This document shows positions 51,161-62,300 of a stretch of 64,000 bases of DNA, in pieces. Made by a program: the position numbers and the translations under genes. Origin of the DNA: Andalucia godoyi And28 (Eukaryota; Protista; Jakobida); the NCBI GenBank assembly GCA_009859145.1, contig VRVR01000015.1:175705-239704 (forward strand), given 5' to 3'. How positions within the stretch are numbered: the first letter of the stretch is position 1; every line of letters starts with the position of its first letter. A model generated the notes under the pieces. It ran no database searches and was not told the DNA's origin. It worked only from the letters and a program-made list of their open reading frames with translations.

Positions 51161-52084
51161 TTATGCACGGCTTGCCGCACGACGTTTCAAGTTTTCGCAA
51201 ATGTACGCATGGACATGGTCGGCAAATTGACAGACATATTCCGGGGCGTTCTTCACAAAGCTCCATCCATTGACATCCATGACATACGACATGCCGTGGG
51301 ACCGAAGAATGTCGAAACCACAAACGAATTGTCCGAACGCTTGGAACACTAACTTTCCAAGCTGCTTTTCCTCTTCTGAAAGTTCAACAACAACACGAAT
51401 CTCTTTGCCGAACGCGTCTCTTTCGACTTGTCCGTCCTTCGTCGGCGACTTGCGTGCTTCTGCAAACAGATAGTCTGGTCCAACCATGTAGACCTTGATG
51501 TCCCGGAACCGATCGGCCTCCATGAACGGCTCGTACATGTACGCCGCATCTCGGCGTACATCGCAAACCGACGGGTCGTAACTGCTTGACGCGTCGCCAG
51601 TCTTGCGGAAGAGCCGACGAATGCCTGCATCCGGATAGTACACATGGATCCGATGATCTTCTGCATCCACCGGCTTCTCCACAAACGGCCTCTGAAATGG
51701 AAGGCTTGTATCAGGCGCACTGCAGTTCCAATCAATCACCTTATGCGGAGGGACAGGAACGCCATACTGTTCTAAATTCTCGTATATACTGGCTCGATGC
51801 AGCAACTTGTGCTGTTGGTCGACGTCGTTGATCTGAATAGGATTGAATAAACGAACGTATCTTCTTACTTTCTCGAGCGGAAAGCTGTCGGCGTAGAACG
51901 ATACGAGGACGTCGCACGCCGGCCAGTTTTCTGGTTCTTTCCCAAAAATGGTGTCGTCTCCAAAAGGAATGCATTCATAGCATCCTTTCGCACATAGCGC
52001 ACGCATCAGTTCTTTCATGCTCTTTGACTGGGCTTTGCGATCGACGACGCACAGCCCGATCTTTATCGTGTCATTCAGAGCCAT
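51161..52084 (-). CDS. Standalone PPIP5K/VIP1-type ATP-grasp kinase domain
   Basis: IGLCVVDRKAQSK, ENWPACDVLVSFY..FPLEK, PFVEKPVDAEDH, DIKVYMVGPDY..AEARKSP..DGQVERD..GKE, VCGFDILR..SYVMDVNGWSFVK, followed by a stop. Confidence 0.9.
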   Translation of the reverse strand: MALNDTIKIGLCVVDRKAQSKSMKELMRALCAKGCYECIPFGDDTIFGKEPENWPACDVLVSFYADSFPLEKVRRYVRLFNPIQINDVDQQHKLLHRASIYENLEQYGVPVPPHKVIDWNCSAPDTSLPFQRPFVEKPVDAEDHRIHVYYPDAGIRRLFRKTGDASSSYDPSVCDVRRDAAYMYEPFMEADRFRDIKVYMVGPDYLFAEARKSPTKDGQVERDAFGKEIRVVVELSEEEKQLGKLVFQAFGQFVCGFDILRSHGMSYVMDVNGWSFVKNAPEYVCQFADHVHAYICENLKRRAASRA

Positions 52085-52513
52085 CTTGAACAGCCCAAAG
52101 AATGTACACCCAGAGACAATAAATGAGAGGATATGAAGAAAACAAAGACAGGAAGAGAGTGGAAATACATGAATTAAAAAAAAAGAATGGCCAAAGAAAC
52201 TGCACGAAAACACAAATGTGGAACGTCCGGGGGACCTTTCAAGATTCGTGCGGAGAAGATCCTTTTGCCAGGATGGTGAGTTGAGCGTTGCGCAGCGCGA
52301 GATTGTCTCAGTGTTGCCGGGCCTTGGAGGAAATGAGCTCAGGGACTTTATAAGTGCATGAATTTACGGAAGCGATGTGGGTGATATGGCAAGGAATATA
52401 GGGAAACGTTGAAACGCAAGAGTCCCTCACCATTCCATCCCGCCCCAATTAATTGTGGTCGGTTGTTTGCACCTGCTGTCCGAAGAGGATTTGACATACG
52501 CAAGAGACTATTA

Positions 52514-55510
52514 TCACGCATAGTCACGAAGGACATCGCTTACAATCTCGGAACGAAGCGAATTCCACTGATTCTCGGACCCTTGGTCGCCATCTTCTCC
52601 CATGACAGAATAGATTCGTCGAAGCATGGATCTGGTTTGTTCAATCTTTTCAACGAGATCCACAAAATAATGCAATTGCTGCTCTTGCTCATCCGACAAT
52701 GGTGACAAGTCATCAATGTGCACTTTTCCCTCTCGAAATTCCTTGAAAAACGAAGGCATTTCGTACGGAACAAACAATGCGCACTGGTCCAGCATGGAAT
52801 GAAGATCCGACCATGCTTTCTGTTCTTGGATCGACAACGTTCTTCTTGTCAGATTAAGAGACCCACGCGAAGAGGATTTCGTAATTGACATGTTCTGGGT
52901 GGAGTCAGGAGAAAATCGAGCATCCGACAACTGGCATGCATAGCGCAAGGCAAGTTGTGATGTGCGAATTTCGTCCTCCAGCAGCGCGATGGCATCCTCC
53001 ATGAGGTCCCAACGGATATCATATCTGTGAGACTGCCCATCAGAAGGATCGGCGAGACCTTGTCGATACCTGTCCACAACCAGAAGTGGAAGAAAATCCG
53101 GAAGTCCCTTTGCATCTTCCGGAATGGATAAGGTGGGGGACGCTTTGGGAGGCGACCCCGCTCTGCTGCCCGGAGTCCGACTGCTTGTCGTCACTGAAGC
53201 AGCAGACGACGACTTCATCGACGACCGAGAATCCAATCGTGTCATCTTCGGCGGCGAGATCCGGGGAGTCTCCAACTCGACCTCCGATAGTTGCTGACCT
53301 GGTGACCTGGTGGACTTCGATTTGGCCGACGGCTGAGCCGAGGGAGACCGTTTCGGCGGAGATGTGTTGCTGCGCACCAAACTCGGCGCACCGCTATGCG
53401 GGCTCTTTCGTGATACGGAGGCAGAGGAGTTTTGCCTCTGCAGAGCAATCTCCCCAGGAGTTCGCTTCGCAGTTGAAGCGACATACATACTCTGTGAGTG
53501 CTGAATACTCGCCGGACTGCGTGCGGAGCCCCCTGCACCAGCGGAAGAGTTCGAATATTCATCATCATCGAGAATCTGTTTGGGAGCCATGGACGCCGAA
53601 GAGTCTTGTCTTCTCTTTCTTTGTGTGTAGCGGTCGAGTTGGATAGGCAAAGGTCGCCGAGCTGCCTCCTCTGCTTCCGGAGGAATCATCATGAGATCTT
53701 GCGATCTTGGTGAATTAAGCCCCCATTTCTTCGCAGCTGAGTTCGAGGCCGATGTAGGAGACGTACTAGGAGAGGAAGAATGAAGGCCGTCTGCATGGCC
53801 TGGCGATGACTTTGACTTGTCTCGGATTGCATCCATCAATTTTTTGGCTTCCACGAACTTCTTGGTGGCTTTCTTGTCATTCGTCCTCGATGCATTTGTA
53901 GGAGACGTTTCAGGAGTTGCATTTCGGGAGTTAGACTGCGAAGAAGGGGAGGCGGAGCCTAAACTTCCAACGTGTTCACCGTCCAACAGCGACAACCGAA
54001 CGACGCCGCCAGAAAATAACGTGTTAAGCACATATGATCTGTAATAACTCTCCCGTTGAATTGGGTTTCCTTGAACAACAAGCTGGTGAAGTGAGCGCAA
54101 CAGTGAAAGCGTGCGAATCGCTTGTCTGTTTGCAAGCTGGTTGCACGCGAGATCGAGAAAGGACAAGAACGAGAGGTGCTCGACATTCTGGACGACTTTG
54201 AGTCGATTGTAAGACAGATCCAAGTGTTCCAGTAACGGATTTCCGTCAAAAACACCTTCTTCAATCCTTTCCAGGCTGTTTCGAGATGCAATAAGAACAC
54301 GCAGATCGGAGAGTCCGGATAGTCCATACAAAGATGAAAGGCGGTTATCCGATACATTCAAGTAGCGCAGTCCTGTTGGAAGTGTGCAACGAGCCAGGGA
54401 ATCATACTCTAACGCATTCTTGGACAAATCCAAAACAACAAGGTACTTTGACAAATAGACATGGGAGATGTCTGCAGAGGAAAAGTGTCGATTGGACAGA
54501 TCAAGGGAGATGGTAGCCAGCCGTCCCAAATTACTTCTCCAGTGTAGAAGCTCATCCAGGCTCAGACTTTGGATGTCCGTTGCGGAGAGCAAAACTGCCT
54601 GCTTGTCCGGAGACACCTCTGCAAAACCGTCCTCCGAAGTACTTTGCGAAGATCGACTGGACAGTGATTTTTGAGATTGTCGAGAGGATGATGTTCCTGA
54701 GGAAGTTGCTAGCGCACTATCTGATACATTGAGCGATGAAGGCTGCGTGGCTGCGGATCCAATTTTGAGAGACGCTAAGTTCAAAGTCACAGTAGCAACT
54801 GGTATGGCACTCTCTTCTTCCGAGTCGAGAGTCGGTGACACTCTACCACCGGGCTTGCTGGGAGACAGTTCAGGATTGATACTGTCAACAGACACTCCAG
54901 CCGAAGATCCATCTTCATCAGCAACAGGCGTCGCATTCTTGGAATCGGTAATCGTATTCGCGAGGGACGAGAACACATCGTCGAGCGTGAGATTCTTCAC
55001 GAAACATGATTTTCGGAATGCAGCAATAAACTGTCTCGCGCCTTCCTGTGTCAACTTTTTGACTTCGCAGATTGTGATTTCCGGAATCGCAAAAGGGTTC
55101 GCAGCAGCCATCTCTCGCTTTGCAAGTGGGGTAGTGATGTATAGCACCACTGCTGGAGCAATACCGTCTGTTAGCACGTTCCTGCTCACATCAATCATCT
55201 CAATCTTTTGTGCAAAGCCAAACGGCAAAGAGTCATGCTCGACATCATTTTTCTGTTCTTCAAAAAGCGACGAAAACGACAAAAGAAGTTCATGCAGTGC
55301 TTCAAACACAAACGATACATCTTGATCTGAAAGCCTTGCCTGCGTTAAGATAAGCCTTGACGGCAATTGCTGCTTCGGATTCTGACACCTTCGGATCGCT
55401 TTCAGAACGCTCTGGTTAGTGCGCACCCCATGCGACTCGCAAACTTTGGAATAAAACGCCTCGAATGCACCAGGTTCCGTTGCAGACGCTCCGCCACCAC
55501 AACATCCCAT
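52514..55510 (-). CDS. Leucine-rich-repeat protein with MGCC acylation motif and Ser/Pro-rich region
   Basis: SDS22-like LRRs (LRYLNVSDNRLSSL, LEHLDLSYNRL, LDLACNQL, LVVQGNP). Start placed at MGCCGGG. Confidence 0.85.
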   Translation of the reverse strand: MGCCGGGASATEPGAFEAFYSKVCESHGVRTNQSVLKAIRRCQNPKQQLPSRLILTQARLSDQDVSFVFEALHELLLSFSSLFEEQKNDVEHDSLPFGFAQKIEMIDVSRNVLTDGIAPAVVLYITTPLAKREMAAANPFAIPEITICEVKKLTQEGARQFIAAFRKSCFVKNLTLDDVFSSLANTITDSKNATPVADEDGSSAGVSVDSINPELSPSKPGGRVSPTLDSEEESAIPVATVTLNLASLKIGSAATQPSSLNVSDSALATSSGTSSSRQSQKSLSSRSSQSTSEDGFAEVSPDKQAVLLSATDIQSLSLDELLHWRSNLGRLATISLDLSNRHFSSADISHVYLSKYLVVLDLSKNALEYDSLARCTLPTGLRYLNVSDNRLSSLYGLSGLSDLRVLIASRNSLERIEEGVFDGNPLLEHLDLSYNRLKVVQNVEHLSFLSFLDLACNQLANRQAIRTLSLLRSLHQLVVQGNPIQRESYYRSYVLNTLFSGGVVRLSLLDGEHVGSLGSASPSSQSNSRNATPETSPTNASRTNDKKATKKFVEAKKLMDAIRDKSKSSPGHADGLHSSSPSTSPTSASNSAAKKWGLNSPRSQDLMMIPPEAEEAARRPLPIQLDRYTQRKRRQDSSASMAPKQILDDDEYSNSSAGAGGSARSPASIQHSQSMYVASTAKRTPGEIALQRQNSSASVSRKSPHSGAPSLVRSNTSPPKRSPSAQPSAKSKSTRSPGQQLSEVELETPRISPPKMTRLDSRSSMKSSSAASVTTSSRTPGSRAGSPPKASPTLSIPEDAKGLPDFLPLLVVDRYRQGLADPSDGQSHRYDIRWDLMEDAIALLEDEIRTSQLALRYACQLSDARFSPDSTQNMSITKSSSRGSLNLTRRTLSIQEQKAWSDLHSMLDQCALFVPYEMPSFFKEFREGKVHIDDLSPLSDEQEQQLHYFVDLVEKIEQTRSMLRRIYSVMGEDGDQGSENQWNSLRSEIVSDVLRDYA

Positions 55511-56034
55511 TCTCTTATTAAAACAAAACCAGAACCAAATACGATTACAGATTACAGGAATTGCAGAAAAGGATAGAAAAAGACAAAAAACCGCCAAAGA
55601 CAAGCCGAGATAGCGACAACGATAGTTATTATAATAGTTATATTTTTCTTCTTCTTCTTCCTCTTCTTCTGTGTTTGTTCGAGAACCACCTCTTCCTTTG
55701 TTGCTGAGACTATTTTAAGTAAGGGGGAAAAAATGCCAAAAGGAAAAATATGAATGGAAAACGAGAACATTGAACGGGAAACATTGGGGATTTGGTGACT
55801 TTTGGGAGAAGAGTTTTTTCCAAACGATCTGCCCCAAGCCAGTAAGCATCCAGCATCAATCAGCGTTTCCTTGTTCTCATTCCTGTGGTTTCATTGCCCG
55901 CTGTGTGCGCGCGACGATCCTCCAGCCACCTTTTGGCTTGCTCCGTTGAAGCCGATTCGCGATCGATCACCTTGAGGATCTTTCGTTTTGTATCGTATCG
56001 TTTCGTGTAAGAAGAAAAAGAAGAGAAAGAGAAG

Positions 56035-56655
56035 ATGCGATTCAAGTTTTGCGGCGATGCAGATCTTCCCGACTGGGTGCTAGCAGCAATTGCGCGGCTT
56101 TCTGAATTGACGTCTGTACGTACAAAGCTTCTTGGACTGCAAGTAGTGGGTCCACTGGTGAATCCCAGTGTGCGAGTGGACCCAGAGAAGATTTCTAGAT
56201 TTACTGCAAAGTTTTCGTTTACTCCAAGCGAGAACAGACAGTGTCTCGCTGCATTGGCTTGGATACTTTCCGCGGCTGCACGATTTGGCGTCGAATGGAG
56301 AGTGCTGGCCGACGAGCTGCAGCAAGTAGGATTTCCAAAGGAACATGCAGAGTCTATTAGCAGAACATTCCGCGACAACAGAGAAAAGTTGAGAGATGGG
56401 TTCCAGAGCCGCGTGCTGGTATTCACACCAGAATTTGACTTTTCCACATCGGTTTCGTCAAATGCGAGTTCAAAGGACAAGGATCGACACCAAGACATCC
56501 TATTGGATCTGCGTCACGTGCAGCTCGAGGACCTGCTCATCGCCGGAAGTAGAAAACACACCGTCGCAGATGTTCGATTGCTGCTTAGCGTGGATCAGAC
56601 AAGGTTACTCAGAGATGAGCTGGTCGCTGCGTTGGGCCAACTGCAAATTCAGTGA
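56035..56655 (+). CDS. COMMD4: COMM domain-containing protein 4
   Basis: Diagnostic MRFKFCGDADLPDWVLA start and ELQQVGFPKEHAESI. Confidence 0.92.
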   Translation: MRFKFCGDADLPDWVLAAIARLSELTSVRTKLLGLQVVGPLVNPSVRVDPEKISRFTAKFSFTPSENRQCLAALAWILSAAARFGVEWRVLADELQQVGFPKEHAESISRTFRDNREKLRDGFQSRVLVFTPEFDFSTSVSSNASSKDKDRHQDILLDLRHVQLEDLLIAGSRKHTVADVRLLLSVDQTRLLRDELVAALGQLQIQ

Positions 56656-56915
56656 AGGACTGTGGGGACTGTGGGGATTGTGAGGATTGTGAGGATTGTG
56701 AGGTTGAGGATGAGCTGCACACGAAAGGAAATTATTAAAACAGATCTGCATAACAAGTACTTTTACATTTCAATTGCCTCCCCCTGAACACCGAAAAAAA
56801 TAAAACAAAAACAAAAACAAAAATATATAATAATAATGAAAATAACAGCAGTCATCTTCTGCGCGTTGCCCTTCTTGTGCATTTTGCAGAACGAATCCGG
56901 CATGCATGCAGGTGG

Positions 56916-58790
56916 TCAGGAAGGAGGAGGGAAGTTCTGGTCAAGATCCACGGGTGGAATGTCGCCCACGCGTGAAGCCCATTTGCTCAGCAAACGTTCT
57001 CCAATGTGTTTCATCATGTCGATGTTGAACATATCATCCGGACTGATGCCGGATGCATATCTTGCTGTTCGAATTTGCAACTGCACATCCGCCATGATGC
57101 GGAGGAAATCATCAACGGGAGCCCGGCTTTCGCTTGAAGGAGGCTGCAAGAATGATTGCGTGAACGCAGAAGTGGGAATACTGAAACCAGACGTTGCCGG
57201 AGCTCCAGACGTAGGAGATGCCGGTGTCGTCGGAAGAGCACCGTATGCTGACCCTCGGTGGTTTCGATAGAGAGAAGTAGAGGGGGTGTTATTCACAAGC
57301 CTCGATTCCTCCGAATCAACAGCGGATTGCGGTCCATTTTGCGAAAGCGCCATGCTGGCGATTGCAGCGAGCGTCCGCTCGTTACGGGGATTGGGATTCG
57401 GGTTTTCCTTCGCAGTGAAGAACCCTTCTTCCATGATCTGAATGAAAATATTCAAAACAGCATATATAAAGAGGCAGGCAAAAGAGAACAAGAAAACGCG
57501 TGAAAAAATAGCCATCAATACGTTTCGCTGAAACACATTCTGGAAGATTTGCAATACGCTGTCACCGTTGAGAACAGAGAACAGCGTGATGAATGACGTA
57601 TCTATTGTTCGAAAGTGCAGCGAGTACGAACCGAAGACGATGGTCCCAAGAACCGCGTATCCAACAAAGATGGGAGCCACACCAATAACAAAGCGCAGCA
57701 GGCCGGGCATTCCGTTCCTGAGAGTGAGAATCAACAGGTAGAGCTTCGGAGAAAACTCAAAGTACCGCACCATGTTGACCCACTGCAGAAGCGACGACAT
57801 TCCCATCATCCAAGCGATGGTCAGATCTTCTTTGAACGCATACCCAATGGCTTCAACGTAGACAACAGCGCTAACAACCGAGAACATTGCTGTAAACGTG
57901 GCATACACGGTCCAGTAATCAACGAGATTCAGAACCAGTCTCCATCGCGCAAACGGAAAGCTTTTCTTGACGTACAGAACATGCAGGAAACGACGCAGGG
58001 AAAGAAACACAGACATTAAAGACAGCAAAATAGTCGTGACCGCCAGCCAAAACGACGGGACCCGGATCATCGCGTCCATGACAGGGTCCTTTCCAGAGCA
58101 AAACGCAAGATCTGGATCCAGGAAGGCCTCGATTGTACCTCCTCTCTGAGAGAAGTCATAGTAGATATCAACTTTCCATTCCAAACAACGGGCAAGAGCC
58201 GGCAGCAAGTTCGTCGCTTGCACACGGAACGAGATTGTAGCATCCACCATGCGATTCAATAGAGCCGATTTGAACTGACCAAGGCTTTCGTTGTTGCCGA
58301 AAGGACCAAGATTGGCGCTCGAAAGATCATACACCACCGACGTGCGTTCTCGATTGTACGGTACGCCATACGAAACGTCGCCGACGGAAGTCTCCGACAG
58401 CAGCTGAAAGACCATTCTGACGCTTTCTCCTTTCAAGACATACAAATCAGGAGAAATGGAATTCAAGTTTTCATACACATGGACAACGTTTCGAACATGC
58501 ATCACAAAGTCTTCTATCCGCACAATATTTGCCGAGTATGCGCCAAGTCCAGTATCATCTGGACTCAGCACATTTGCAGGCATGAACAGAGTTGCAAATG
58601 CTGATCTCTGCGACCAGGAGATTGGATTGCGATACTGTGCAAATAGCAGACACATTGCAGTAACAAGCGACGCAAGCAAGAGATGAACCACAGCTTTGAA
58701 TGGAAACTTTCGAAACAATTTCCATTTTTGCCAGGGAGACAACAAGAACTGGTTCCGAAGCTTCTTCAACGATTCTTCGTGGGTTGTCAT
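56916..58790 (-). CDS. MCOLN: Mucolipin (TRPML) cation channel
   Basis: LSPWQKWK..RKFPFK, YFEFSPKLYLLILTLR, RFVIGVAPIFVGY, LFSVLNGD pore, SRVFLFSF..LFIYAVLNIFI. Start placed at MTTHEE. Confidence 0.93.
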   Translation of the reverse strand: MTTHEESLKKLRNQFLLSPWQKWKLFRKFPFKAVVHLLLASLVTAMCLLFAQYRNPISWSQRSAFATLFMPANVLSPDDTGLGAYSANIVRIEDFVMHVRNVVHVYENLNSISPDLYVLKGESVRMVFQLLSETSVGDVSYGVPYNRERTSVVYDLSSANLGPFGNNESLGQFKSALLNRMVDATISFRVQATNLLPALARCLEWKVDIYYDFSQRGGTIEAFLDPDLAFCSGKDPVMDAMIRVPSFWLAVTTILLSLMSVFLSLRRFLHVLYVKKSFPFARWRLVLNLVDYWTVYATFTAMFSVVSAVVYVEAIGYAFKEDLTIAWMMGMSSLLQWVNMVRYFEFSPKLYLLILTLRNGMPGLLRFVIGVAPIFVGYAVLGTIVFGSYSLHFRTIDTSFITLFSVLNGDSVLQIFQNVFQRNVLMAIFSRVFLFSFACLFIYAVLNIFIQIMEEGFFTAKENPNPNPRNERTLAAIASMALSQNGPQSAVDSEESRLVNNTPSTSLYRNHRGSAYGALPTTPASPTSGAPATSGFSIPTSAFTQSFLQPPSSESRAPVDDFLRIMADVQLQIRTARYASGISPDDMFNIDMMKHIGERLLSKWASRVGDIPPVDLDQNFPPPS

Positions 58791-59302
58791 AGTTTCCTCA
58801 CGTTCTGCAGCTACATACCGCCCGGAAATTACAACAAATAAAAAAGAAGAAGATAATGATACTTGCCTGGACAGTGTGAGCAAAGAGAAAGAAAGGAAGG
58901 AAGCCAAACAAACAGACAACCAAAAAGAAAAGAAAAAAGAAAAAAAGAGAAACGGAATCTGATCGGGCGCTTGGCAGGCTTATCGACTGTAGAGAACAGC
59001 AAAATAAAAAAGAAAAGATGACTACAGCTGGAGAGGTTTCTTTTTCCCCTAAGAGCCCAAGGCCAGCCGTTGTTGCTGCTGCTAGTTGTCGGCTGCGTTC
59101 GTCGGTGAAGCTGTTGCCACGAGCCACAGATGAAATGTGTGATCGGAAAGAGTGCGTTGTAGAGTGGGTAACTTTAAAACTGTAGCATTTCAAAGGCTGT
59201 GCAGACGTGGTCTGCAATCTGCGATGGACTGAACCGTGAATTGAAAGGAGGGGCGGCAACTGGACGTTTTTTTTTTCCTTTCCTTTTTTTTTTTTTTTCT
59301 TT

Positions 59303-62300
59303 TCAGTCTTCACCAGACGACGACGAGTACTGTTCTTCAGTTTCAGATGCGGGATCCTGGGCCATCAACAGATTGAAAAATGGCGGTGGAGCAGGCTCAA
59401 ATGCAGGAAGAGTGTATCGCATGACACCCGAAAACGGATTCTCAAACAGTGGAACTTCTAACGGGGGTCTTTCAACAGCGAACGGAGTCCTTACAGCATC
59501 TCCGTCATCGTAATCCGCGTCCTCAATGTCAATTTCGGGGAAACGGTAGCCAACATTCTGACTCGCGTCCGGATCATCCTCCTCCTCATCGACATCCTCA
59601 ATGTCGTCCTCGTCTTCGTCTTCGTCGAGTTCATCATCATCGTCAATATCCTCATCATCAATGTCTTCATCAACATCCATGGCCTCGTCATCATCCTCCT
59701 CGTCGCCATCGTCGTCGTCGTCTCCATCATCATGCTCCTCATCATGCCTATTTCCACGAACACCGCCGATTGATGGAATATCTCCATACCGGCTCGACGA
59801 ATGAAAAATGTGCATCGCGAGATCTCGAAGCTGCTCGACAGAATCCTTCCCATGCCTAGGTGTTGCGGAGGCATCCGCACTGGAAATGAATCGAGAAATA
59901 CAGGCCTGTCCATCACGCATAACGCCCTGCAACACCTGTGTGTTTGACGTGAACAGCGGGAATTCAGATGTTCCCCATAAGCGCAACGTCCCGTCATCGG
60001 AACACGAAATAATAATTCCATTCATTAGAGGGGAGTACGCAACATCATTCACCGACGCAGTGTGACCTGAAAGTTTGGCAAGGATTTCACCAGACTGCGT
60101 AGAATAGACGTAAATGAGATCATCCTCTGATCCCGAAATAAGATAGCGATCATCTGCACCGGCGAAAGCAGATCGGACCACAAGCCGGTCTTGACGGTGG
60201 CCTTCCAGCTTCCCCTGGACATGACCAGTTGTCGTATCAAACAAGAGAATCTCGCCGATACGGTACGCCGACTCTGTTGCGCAAGAAATGGCAATCAACT
60301 TGGACTTCCGATCCATCACCATACTCGTCGGTTGCCACTGGAGCTTTATGCACTCCATCACGGTTTCGCTCGGATGGTCACACAGCGCATCAACAATTCT
60401 CGATTCAAGCAATTCAGGGACGCTTGGAGCATCCTGCACCATGGACGTTGAGTTCGCATGAGAACCAATGCGAGTTCGATAGACAGGGCCCACGGCATTC
60501 CAAGCGTCACGAGAGCCCGCTCTCGCAGTCGCATTGCGTCCGAGAACTCGGTTTGACGCTTGGCGCCGCGTTCTCCAAGGCGCAACGGAGGCGCGTGGAT
60601 CTCCAGGAGAGACTCCAGGTGGACCACGGCCGCTCGTACGATGAACATGACTTGACGGTGTAGACTGATTGAGCGACCATGGAGTCCGTCGAGCATGATG
60701 CGGCGGAGCCGCTGACGATCGTGTCAGAGCGGCTCGGTTTACCGCCGGCACAGCATAGCTCAGCACATTCGAAAAGTTGGAGTTCGAAGAAGAGACGGTA
60801 GAAAGCGTGACGGAAGACGGAATCGAAGCACACGACTCTGCAATTCGCAGCGCGAGATCCAGATCGAGAATTCTGATTTGCGAGTCGGCATCGAGGATAT
60901 ATGCCCAGTGAGAATCCTTGCTGATGCAGAGATCATGCGAGCGCACATTTTCCCATCTGAAGAGTGCATCAACAACGTACGAATTCTTGCTGTCGGGCTT
61001 CTTGCATTCATCGTTGGATGCAAAGGCAAGCTTCCAAAGACAGATGGAACCGTCAACCGAGCATGACAAGAAATGGGAAGAATTTGCAAACCACGCTGCA
61101 GACGATACGGGTCCCGAATGGCCGCCCATGACTCTCAGACACCATCCAGTTGCTGCATCCCAGAGTCGAATCGAGTGATCATGACCGCAAGTCAACAGGT
61201 ACTTACCGTCAGGTGACCAGGCAAGAAAGCAGACATAAGCAGTGTGCCCACGGAGAATCTTCTTGAACGTAACTTCGTGCGACGAGGTGATAGGCCGGCC
61301 ATTCTCGAAATACGCAGCATGTCCATTTCCCAGATTTGGAGATGCAGCCGACAGCGACCACGACTCCGCGTCGTTTCGTTGTGCATCCGAAACTTGATTG
61401 TGAGTCTCTTGGGAATCGGATCGAGTCTCGGTGTGCCCATGATTATTTTGCTGATCGCGGCGCAGGCTGTGATGAGTGTGGGGATGAGAGTGATCGCCAT
61501 TCATAGCAAGCGCATTTGACGCTGTACGGACAACTGCGCCCAGGTACCCCTCAAGATCAAGGATCATGACATCATTAGAAAGACCAGCAATAGCAAGTCG
61601 AGTACCTGTTGGATTCAAGCAAAGACACCAAATTTCTCGGTGGGACGTGTGCAAAACAGCGATTGGAAGGATGGGCATGGCAGCCTCGGGGCGAATTACT
61701 GGTGGAACAAGGGATGCCTGCACTCGGTCAGCGGACGAATCCACATATAACGACTCCTTTCTGTCGTTGGCCGCGGACGCATCCAACAGACGATCGAGTA
61801 CGTGGGGTCTGACAAACGCAGAGCCACCACACGCGTCTTCGATTCTTTCCATTAGCTCCGACCTCGAAAGGTACCATGGCATCCCTTTGGTGGACTCTTC
61901 TGCTTCCTTGCGAGAACTGCACATCAGGAGAGCAGTGATCTCGGGAAGCCAACTTGCGCGCTGCGCATACACATCCCTATCCTTCGGGCGTTGAAGAACA
62001 GCGTCAATATAGTTCTCTCCATAAATGGCACCCACATTTGTGGACGATAACGCTTCGTCACGCGGGAACCCCGCTCTATTTCCATTTCTATCATGTCGAT
62101 CGGCTGCACCGGAAGACAGCGACAAGTTATTCAAATTTCTAAGTTCATCTGAACTATTTCTTGGAGTGGCCGTGTGTGCGGCATTGCAGAACGTAGCGAT
62201 GCCGTTTTGCAGGATATCCACTGCCCGATCCAGTTTCTGATCGCAAACAGCATCCACAAAGTCACAAACATCGATGTGGAACATAACGCGAGCTCTTGTG

